DNA of 4,471 nucleotides from a virus (Duplodnaviria; Heunggongvirae; Uroviricota; Caudoviricetes): IMG/VR virus record IMGVR_UViG_2703718812_000015; one strand, 5' to 3'. Shown piece by piece: positions 1 to 4,471 of this stretch (position 1 is its first letter; each line of letters starts with the position of its first letter). The notes under the pieces were generated by a model. It saw only the letters and a program-made list of their open reading frames with translations, ran no database searches and was not told where the DNA came from. The position numbers and the translations under genes were made by a program.

Positions 1-550
1 GTCTCCAGGATTCCCGGGGCGGTTCAGCCTCTAAAATTACGGGGCGATTTTCCGGCAACGGACCATCCCCTTCACATAACCCGGCAGTTTCTTTCATTTC
101 ATCTGCTGCAAGCACCTCATTTTTTGTTGGGGTGCTTTTTTTCAATTCAGTAACACAGCACTCCAGTTTTTCAATACGTGATTCAACATCATCTTTTTCT
201 GACCGCAGTGTTGACGGCGGCATCTTCAGAGAACAAGTAATTCTTCCCGGTAGCTTTCCTTTGTAGGTTATCAACACATCCTGCGCCTCTAAAATTACGG
301 GGCGATTTTCCGGCAACGGACCATCCCCTTCACATAACCCGGCAGCAACATCCATGAAAAACTGCTTCGCCTGCTTTTTCGCCTCAGCTTCGTAAAACTC
401 CAGCGTGGCACCTTCAGTACGGTCAAGACTAATCGCCACATCTGGCAACAACAGTGACGGATACCCACCAATTTCCAGTGCCACAGTAACAGTAATCTTA
501 TCCGGGTAATTATTTATCCCTTTAACAACCAGTTCGTATTTTTTCTTCAT
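1..550 (-). CDS. Hypothetical phage protein, 3'-partial (C-terminus lies beyond the window start); occupies the slot immediately downstream of the holin
   Basis: ATG at 550-548 (minus) with a GGGGAGAG Shine-Dalgarno 7 nt upstream, starting 4 nt after the holin stop. My hand translation stays open for 183 codons to the window edge (MKKKYELVVKGINNYPDKITVTVALEIGGYPSLLLPDV...). Absent from the supplied ORF track because it runs off the edge. No lysozyme or SAR-endolysin features recognised. The position matches the small ORF found between holin and endolysin in some lambdoid prophages (ydfR-like slot), but family membership is unconfirmed. Confidence 0.6.
   Translation of the reverse strand, partial: MKKKYELVVKGINNYPDKITVTVALEIGGYPSLLLPDVAISLDRTEGATLEFYEAEAKKQAKQFFMDVAAGLCEGDGPLPENRPVILEAQDVLITYKGKLPGRITCSLKMPPSTLRSEKDDVESRIEKLECCVTELKKSTPTKNEVLAADEMKETAGLCEGDGPLPENRPVILEAEPPRESWR
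27..87. repeat. 61-bp exact direct repeat, copy A (partner at 285-345), inside the post-holin ORF
   Basis: gcctctaaaattacggggcgattttccggcaacggaccatccccttcacataacccggcag is identical at 27-87 and 285-345, with flanking bases differing on both sides. Offset 258 bp = 86 codons, so both copies encode the same 20-aa peptide AGLCEGDGPLPENRPVILEA in frame. Confidence 0.95.
285..345. repeat. 61-bp exact direct repeat, copy B (partner at 27-87)
   Basis: See copy A; identity verified base by base. Confidence 0.95.
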
Positions 551-554
551 CGCT

Positions 555-770
555 TTACTCTCCCCGCGCCGCCTTACGACGGTCCTCTCTGATTTTGAAA
601 TACAGGTTAGTCAGATATGTCAGCAGCCCAAACAGCAGACTCCCCAGCACGCCTATTGCCGCCCACTGAGACGGAGAGACTTTGTCCAGCAGCTGCAGGA
701 ACCAGTAGCCCGTTCCCACCGCTGACGTGGTGTATGACACACCTGTTGTGATTTTTTCCATCTGGTACAT
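555..770 (-). CDS. S: Class II holin, phage 21 S21-like (pinholin type), with dual-start motif
   Basis: 71-aa ORF whose translation ([71 protein letters not shown]) closely matches my recollection of phage 21 / E. coli prophage S21-type holins. In-frame ATGs at codons 1 and 4 (770-768 and 761-759) form the classic antiholin/holin dual start. Two hydrophobic segments and a charged C-terminal tail. Stop TAA at 557-555. Confidence 0.9.
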   Translation of the reverse strand: MYQMEKITTGVSYTTSAVGTGYWFLQLLDKVSPSQWAAIGVLGSLLFGLLTYLTNLYFKIREDRRKAARGE

Positions 771-845
771 ACCCCGTCTCTCGCAATCCGGAAGCTCACA
801 ACAACAGGAGGGGCATCAGCTCACACCGACAGCCCCTGCGCATGG

Positions 846-1115
846 TTACATCATCATTTCGCCGTCAGGCTGAGGCTCACTGCTACCGTCAGGCTGAGAC
901 ACGACGCCATCTGAAACAGCACTGTCACCCGCGCCGTCTTCAGGCTCAGGAGCAGCCGGTCCCCCCAGCAGCTCATCCAGAATGGCATCCACTTCAGCAT
1001 CAAGACGCGCCTCAAGATTCTGGCGGAGTTGCTGTTTCAGTGCGCTTCTGACTTCTTCAGAGCGCAGGACGTCCTTCACTGCTTCAGCAGTGACCAGAGA
1101 TTTTATTTCTGACAT
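846..1115 (-). CDS. Small acidic hypothetical protein (89 aa) between nanS-p and holin
   Basis: Internal ATG at 1115-1113 of track ORF 846..1271, whose own first codon is GTG. The shorter form is preferred because the upstream extension overlaps the better-supported 60-aa ORF in another frame. Helix-like N-half (MSEIKSLVTAEAVKDVLRSEEVRSALKQQLRQNLEARLDAEVDAILDELL) then a Gly/Pro/Asp/Glu/Ser-rich tail; by my count about 20 acidic versus 7 basic residues. Shine-Dalgarno is weak (GAGAAAA), so the start is uncertain. Confidence 0.5.
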   Translation of the reverse strand: MSEIKSLVTAEAVKDVLRSEEVRSALKQQLRQNLEARLDAEVDAILDELLGGPAAPEPEDGAGDSAVSDGVVSQPDGSSEPQPDGEMMM

Positions 1116-1152
1116 GGGATTTTCTCGTTGAAAGGTGTTGTTAAGAAAGTTG

Positions 1153-1335
1153 CTACGAAATGAGAGGCTCTTCGGGTTTTGTTCCGGCTGACTGGCTGGC
1201 GCTGATTTTTTCCGCCGCCGCGGCATCAATCTTTTTGCGTATATAGTTCCGGATAACCTTATACCCGCCACTTACCAGATATAACGTGCACACCACCGTG
1301 CAGAAATACAATAAAATAAGCTGTACAAATCTCAT
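1153..1335 (-). CDS. Small membrane peptide (60 aa), hypothetical
   Basis: ATG at 1335-1333 with GGGAGGG Shine-Dalgarno about 4 nt upstream; stop TAG at 1155-1153. N-terminal hydrophobic stretch (FVQLILLYFCTVVCTLYLV) followed by a basic segment (RNYIRKK) and a polar tail, consistent with a single-pass membrane peptide. Confidence 0.55.
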   Translation of the reverse strand: MRFVQLILLYFCTVVCTLYLVSGGYKVIRNYIRKKIDAAAAEKISASQSAGTKPEEPLIS

Positions 1336-1361
1336 TATCCCTCCCGGTTATTGATATGGTG

Positions 1362-1391
1362 TTGACATCGTTAATACCTGTTGGTTAAAAA
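1362..1391 (+). promoter_or_regulatory. Candidate sigma70 promoter on the plus strand (antisense to the phage genes): TTGACA, 17-bp spacer, TG-extended TTAAAA
   Basis: Perfect -35 hexamer TTGACA at 1362-1367; 17 nt later an extended -10 (TG at 1382-1383, hexamer TTAAAA at 1385-1390, or TAAAAA at 1386-1391 with an 18-nt spacer). Sequence pattern only. Confidence 0.3.
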
Positions 1392-1429
1392 AGTGTCCTG
1401 CATGTTTTGCTTTGGATATAACGACATTT

Positions 1430-1477
1430 GCCGCCGGTTCTGGCTCCTTGTTTTCCCTGCCCCGGCGGCCTTTTTTT
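1430..1477 (+). terminator. GC-rich inverted repeat followed by T7 on the plus strand; atypical (large-loop) terminator-like element
   Basis: GCCGCCGG (1430-1437) is perfectly complementary to CCGGCGGC (1462-1469), followed by C and TTTTTTT (1471-1477). The 24-nt loop is larger than in canonical intrinsic terminators. On the minus strand the element is preceded rather than followed by the homopolymer run, so any terminator activity would act on plus-strand transcripts. Confidence 0.3.
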
Positions 1478-1482
1478 CCTGC

Positions 1483-3456
1483 TTACGGGTTATTCACTTC
1501 CACTGTTATACTTTCAATCAGCACCGGATATGTCGCACCGCTAGTGATATCGGTCACGCGCAATTTGTCTGCCGTAAACGTGCCGACCGGTGACTGTGAC
1601 AGCATGAACGGCGTCCCGTCCTTACCATCAATGACCGGCGTCACCTCAATACTGTTGTTACCGGCAAAACGGAAGCCCAGCGTATGCCATTCGTTATCAA
1701 ATGCGCCGAATGACCCCAGCTTCGTGTTCTGACCAGCATTTCCCTTGTGGTACATCACATTAAGGTCTGTGGCATCGCTCTGTACGTAAAACGACGCCAG
1801 CAGGTTATGACCGGCATTACCTTCCAGTGTGACGCCCTGAGGCAGTGAAGAAACCGGCCAGTACAGCGCCAGTGCGTACTGATTAGCTGTCAGTGTGCCA
1901 TCAACTTTAAAACGACAACTGATAAGCCCGCCCTTCTCCAGCAGGTCTGCGCCATTACCGGCATCATGCTGCATAAACCACGAGGAACTTCCTGTCTGTT
2001 TGGTCCACCTCAGCGCCTTACCTCCTGCAGCACCTGCATCATCAACTACCAATGCACGCCCTCCTTCAGCTCCCCATCCCTGCGGATTCAGTAAACCACC
2101 TGACTCTGTTGCACGGTAATAAAGCAGCGTTGTCACTGATTTCCCGTCCGTTGACGGTGTTGATGGTGTGTCCGGTGACGGCTTCTCATCCGGCGGCATC
2201 ACAACCTGTTCCCCACCCACCAGTTCAGCCGTCCGTCCTGCATGGAGAAGAATCGCTGAGGCAAGACGGTCAGAAATAATCCCCCTGCGTGCCCATGAGC
2301 TGAAATGGCTCGCACGGTCTGCTGACGTCCAGTTTGCCGACGTCCGGGAGGCCGCACCGTAATATCCTGATGCCGGAATATCCGGGTCTTCTTCCGGTTT
2401 GTTCGTCGGGACATTTGCTCCGTTCTCATCGGTCATGAACGGCACAAAGTGAATATTCTTTTCCGTTTTGTTTTTGTAACTGCCGTACACCGTCTGGTAA
2501 GTGGATTCGCTCTTCTGCTTCCAGAAATAAGTTGTGTCTCCACATATCCAGGGAACACCGTCAGCAGAACCACCAGCGCACTGTCCCACCATATCTGCAA
2601 GGTCCGTACGATATTGTTCCACTACTTCTGTAAAACGGGCTGTGTGATTTGCTGGCGTTCCGTCAAAGTCAAATTCCCCCTGCATCCACACCACGGCAAG
2701 CAGCACATTTTTCGGGTTCTTTGCCAGCGCGGCTTTTGTACGACCGATGAGATCCTTATACAGCGGCCTGCCCACACCCCAGCGGGTAGAACTCTCTGAG
2801 GCACCGGTCACGTCACTGTATGTTCCATCTGCCCCGGTGGTGAAAGCTGAACCACCACGGCAGCACGGAACCAGAAGAATACCCGCATTCGCCGGTATAA
2901 ACGGCAGCAGCTTTTTGGCAATATGCAGCCCCTGCCCCACGGTTCCGTACTGACCTTTCGACAGGTCAGCTTTCGGATGGTTAAGACGGCTCATGTCCTG
3001 TACATCATGCAGACAGTGGTCTGCCGGAATAATGTCGTTATATTTACAGGGAGCGCCATCCGGCGTCACTGTGCTGCGACGAGCCAGTTGCTTTATACGC
3101 GGGTCAGGACGGTCATATGTCTGCGGCAGAGGAAGCCCCTCACAGTAAGCCATGCCGTTCGACTGCCCGGCCAGTGGAATAACGTAGTAATAATCTGGCT
3201 CCGTGGTGACCACTCCCGGATAGCCACCATCCCCCGTGCCGGGCACAACCACTGGCGTGGTCACATCCCCCGTGCCGGGCACAACCACTGGCGTGGTCAC
3301 ATCCCCCTCCGCGGCAATCGCCTGCATCAGGGTATAAGGGGTTATGGCCACCGGACTACCAAACGGCTGCCAGCCCTCTTTCAGTTTGTGTGTCAGCTTT
3401 TCCGCAAGATCTGACGGCGACGCCGCCCTGACAACATCATAATGTTTAATCGACAT
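1483..3456 (-). CDS. nanS-p: Prophage-encoded sialate O-acetylesterase (NanS-p type): N-terminal DUF1737-like domain, SGNH/SASA esterase core, C-terminal beta-rich putative carbohydrate-binding domain
   Basis: 657-aa ORF, ATG at 3456-3454 with GGGAGA Shine-Dalgarno 6 nt upstream, stop TAA at 1485-1483. N-terminus MSIKHYDVVRAASPSDLAEKL..., a GQSNG motif (IPLAGQSNGMAY) typical of sialate-specific acetylesterases, and a long C-terminal domain. Size, architecture and position upstream of the S holin match NanS-p esterases of EHEC lambdoid prophages as I recall them. Confidence 0.82.
   Translation of the reverse strand: MSIKHYDVVRAASPSDLAEKLTHKLKEGWQPFGSPVAITPYTLMQAIAAEGDVTTPVVVPGTGDVTTPVVVPGTGDGGYPGVVTTEPDYYYVIPLAGQSNGMAYCEGLPLPQTYDRPDPRIKQLARRSTVTPDGAPCKYNDIIPADHCLHDVQDMSRLNHPKADLSKGQYGTVGQGLHIAKKLLPFIPANAGILLVPCCRGGSAFTTGADGTYSDVTGASESSTRWGVGRPLYKDLIGRTKAALAKNPKNVLLAVVWMQGEFDFDGTPANHTARFTEVVEQYRTDLADMVGQCAGGSADGVPWICGDTTYFWKQKSESTYQTVYGSYKNKTEKNIHFVPFMTDENGANVPTNKPEEDPDIPASGYYGAASRTSANWTSADRASHFSSWARRGIISDRLASAILLHAGRTAELVGGEQVVMPPDEKPSPDTPSTPSTDGKSVTTLLYYRATESGGLLNPQGWGAEGGRALVVDDAGAAGGKALRWTKQTGSSSWFMQHDAGNGADLLEKGGLISCRFKVDGTLTANQYALALYWPVSSLPQGVTLEGNAGHNLLASFYVQSDATDLNVMYHKGNAGQNTKLGSFGAFDNEWHTLGFRFAGNNSIEVTPVIDGKDGTPFMLSQSPVGTFTADKLRVTDITSGATYPVLIESITVEVNNP
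3228..3306. repeat. Perfect 36-bp tandem repeat (2 full copies plus 7 bp of a third) inside nanS-p, encoding VPGTGDVTTPVV twice in the inter-domain linker
   Basis: Checked base by base: 3228-3263 is identical to 3264-3299, and 3300-3306 repeats the first 7 bp. The unit is 12 codons and in frame. Confidence 0.95.
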
Positions 3457-3540
3457 CGAATTTCTCCCGTGTACAGGAACAGAGTTAAAAAGCCGGAACC
3501 GGAATCAAATCACAGGATGACCATCTGCCAGTGGCTGGTC

Positions 3541-3569
3541 GTAAAAAAAAGGCCGCGCCATGCGCAGCC
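3541..3569 (-). terminator. Rho-independent terminator acting on minus-strand transcripts, about 90 bp upstream of the nanS-p start codon
   Basis: Minus-strand RNA 5'-GGCUGCGC-AUG-GCGCGGCC-3' (7-8 bp GC-rich stem including one G.U pair) followed directly by U8 (3550-3543). On the plus strand the A-run precedes the hairpin, so the element is unidirectional. Confidence 0.65.
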
Positions 3570-3743
3570 GGAAATAAAGGGATAACGATGATAGTTTGAG
3601 AAAAACAGAAATAACACTTTTGTGGCAAAGCATGGTGCCGGGTGCCTCCCGGTGAATTCAGTACCAGCACCTGAATCCGCGATTATCCCATATACCTGGT
3701 TGCTGATTGCCCCTCCGCACAGGGGGATTCACCATGCAGTAGT

Positions 3744-3774
3744 ATTTTTAATAAACAGTAAACAAAAAAATCAA
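3744..3774 (-). promoter_or_regulatory. Candidate late-promoter (lambda PR'-like) element: TTGATT, 18-bp spacer, TAAAAA
   Basis: On the minus strand, TTGATT at 3774-3769 and TAAAAA at 3750-3745, which resembles my recollection of lambda PR' (TTGACT / TAAATT). The predicted start near 3738 lies about 195 nt upstream of the end of the U-run of the 3541-3569 terminator. Sequence pattern only. Confidence 0.25.
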
Positions 3775-3799
3775 GCATTATGCAGGCTGTTTCTTTTTA

Positions 3800-3937
3800 T
3801 CACCGGCCACAGCAATACCACAATGCCGCAGACCAGCCCCCATCCGCCAGCACCGACATGATTCTGCTGGTGAAATCCACCATCACCACCAGAAACAGCA
3901 GGAGTGCAGCCACAGCCAGGCGCAGTTTTACCGTCAC
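3800..3937 (-). CDS. Possible small hydrophobic peptide (45 codons, GTG start), hypothetical
   Basis: GTG at 3937-3935 overlaps the TGA stop of the TerB-like frame (GTGA overlap), with GGAG 8 nt upstream. Translation (M/V)TVKLRLAVAALLLFLVVMVDFTSRIMSVLADGGWSAALWYCCGR, stop TGA at 3802-3800: basic N-terminus, one hydrophobic helix, Cys-Cys near the C-terminus. Not in the ORF track (below its length cut-off). Confidence 0.3.
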   Translation of the reverse strand: MTVKLRLAVAALLLFLVVMVDFTSRIMSVLADGGWSAALWYCCGR

Positions 3938-4428
3938 AGGTGATTCTCCAGACGAAGCCCCAGAACACCGGCAATCTCTTCCAGCACCTTGCGCTCTTCC
4001 GGCTCAATTTCGCCGTCTGCCTCCGCAATGGCCACCGCCACATCCAGCACATCTTCCGCTTCACGCGTATCGCGTTTCACATCCTCGATCTCACGTAACG
4101 CCGCACGACGACCAATTTTAAAGTTCGTATCCAGCTGACCGATAATGGTTGCGCTAATCGCATTAATTTCTGACGTAAACGCGGACAGCGCTGGCTGATT
4201 ACGCAGTACCTGTTCGATCTTCGCTTTCTAGGAAGCCTCACATTCACCATTTGCACAGGCCACCAGGTATGCGGCGTTAATCACCGCCTGTGCCAGATCG
4301 CGTTTCTCAAACTTTCCTTTTTCCGGTTAACGTGACACACCAATAACTCTTGTCGAAAAAGCCAGCAAGCTGAAAGACCGGTATTCACAACCACCAGCGC
4401 GTTTACTGTACTGGCGTGATTTCAGTCA
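3934..4428 (-). pseudogene. TerB-family (tellurite-resistance TerB-like domain) gene disrupted by in-frame stop codons
   Basis: A single minus-strand frame reads ...LKSRQYSKRAGGCEYRSFSLLAFSTRVIGVSR * PEKGKFEKRDLAQAVINAAYLVACANGECEAS * KAKIEQVLRNQPALSAFTSEINAISATIIGQLDTNFKIGRRAALREIEDVKRDTREAEDVLDVAVAIAEADGEIEPEERKVLEEIAGVLGLRLENHL *. Both halves show the TerB signature (A-x-A-[DN]-G-x5-E ... EIAG-x-LG). In-frame TGA (4428-4426), TAA (4329-4327) and TAG (4230-4228) interrupt it and no in-frame ATG exists; the only nearby ATG (4429-4427) is out of frame and hits a stop after 8 codons. Confidence 0.6.
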
Positions 4429-4429
4429 T

Positions 4430-4452
4430 AAAAAAACCCGCCTGGCGACGGG
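4430..4452 (-). terminator. Rho-independent terminator acting on minus-strand transcripts entering from beyond the window end
   Basis: Minus-strand RNA 5'-CCCGUC-GCCA-GGCGGG-3' (6-bp stem with one G.U, 4-nt loop) followed by U7 (4436-4430), ending directly at the out-of-frame ATG of the TerB-like region. Confidence 0.55.
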
Positions 4453-4471
4453 TGTAAAAAATCTTCTAACG

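Noticed and set aside
27-345. Considered whether the 61-bp repeats could be a CRISPR array or IS terminal repeats
   Set aside because: Only two copies, in direct orientation, inside an open reading frame and in frame with it, with no nearby cas or transposase gene. An intragenic duplicated motif is the better explanation.
771-845. Short hairpin (AGGGGC ... GCCCCT) between the acidic ORF and the holin start, considered as a terminator or attenuator
   Set aside because: 6-bp stem with a 17-nt loop and no following U-run on the minus strand. It is more likely incidental or part of holin translation-initiation structure, and is too weak to call.
846-1271. Long 141-aa form of the acidic ORF (track start is actually a GTG at 1271-1269) and the antisense plus ORF 842..1051
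   Set aside because: The N-terminal extension (basic, low complexity) overlaps the 60-aa membrane ORF, which has a much better Shine-Dalgarno and a clean ATG, so I call the internal ATG at 1115 instead. The plus ORF is antisense to a protein-like frame.
1381-3414. Plus-strand track ORFs (1381..1593, 1412..1732, 1895..2119, 2052..2279, 2168..2362, 2449..2799, 2747..2953, 2923..3414) and the minus ORFs 2199..2429 and 2622..2804
   Set aside because: All lie inside or antisense to the 657-aa nanS-p frame, which has clear protein character, a Shine-Dalgarno and recognisable domains. Their translations are low-complexity or Arg/Pro/His-rich, as expected for shadow ORFs of a GC-balanced gene.
3457-3799. 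Looked for Shiga toxin genes or tRNA genes between the late promoter region and nanS-p
   Set aside because: Only about 340 bp separate the upstream ORFs from nanS-p, with no open frame and no tRNA T-loop/acceptor-stem pattern. This is a toxin-less prophage late region as far as the window shows.
3485-3861. Track ORFs 3485..3670 (-) and 3622..3861 (+) in the region upstream of nanS-p
   Set aside because: They run through the hairpin plus U8 terminator and the AT-rich promoter-like sequence; their translations have no protein character and neither has a Shine-Dalgarno. I treat the region as non-coding regulatory DNA.
3771-4121. Track ORFs 3771..4064 (-), 3780..4121 (+) and 3904..4098 (+)
   Set aside because: They overlap the TerB-like frame (different frame or antisense), which is the only frame with a recognisable domain signature. 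Their translations are Arg/Trp/Pro/His-rich, typical of out-of-frame reads.
4403-4429. ATG at 4429-4427 as the start of the TerB-like gene
   Set aside because: It is out of frame with the TerB-like reading frame, hits a stop after 8 codons, and abuts the upstream terminator U-run with no Shine-Dalgarno.

Overview
This window reads as the late/lysis region of a lambdoid (Escherichia/Shigella-type) prophage, with every credible gene on the minus strand. In transcription order (high to low coordinates): an intrinsic terminator (4430-4452), a TerB-family gene inactivated by in-frame stop codons (3934-4428), a possible 45-codon hydrophobic GTG-start ORF (3800-3937), about 340 bp of non-coding DNA carrying a lambda-PR'-like promoter candidate and a second strong intrinsic terminator (3541-3569), a 657-aa NanS-p-type sialate O-acetylesterase (1483-3456), two small ORFs (a 60-aa membrane peptide and an 89-aa acidic protein), a phage-21-type class II holin with dual-start motif (555-770), and a 3'-truncated unknown ORF (1-550) in the position where an endolysin would be expected. 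No Shiga toxin genes, tRNAs, CRISPR arrays or IS elements are visible. Items worth a second look are two exact 61-bp in-frame direct repeats in the post-holin ORF, a perfect 36-bp tandem repeat in the nanS-p linker, three in-frame stops at exact 99-nt spacing in the TerB-like gene, and a plus-strand promoter-plus-hairpin unit that could encode a short antisense RNA. I did not find anything I can defend as a new multi-gene system. All family assignments rest on my own reading of the translations and on recalled knowledge; no database search was run.
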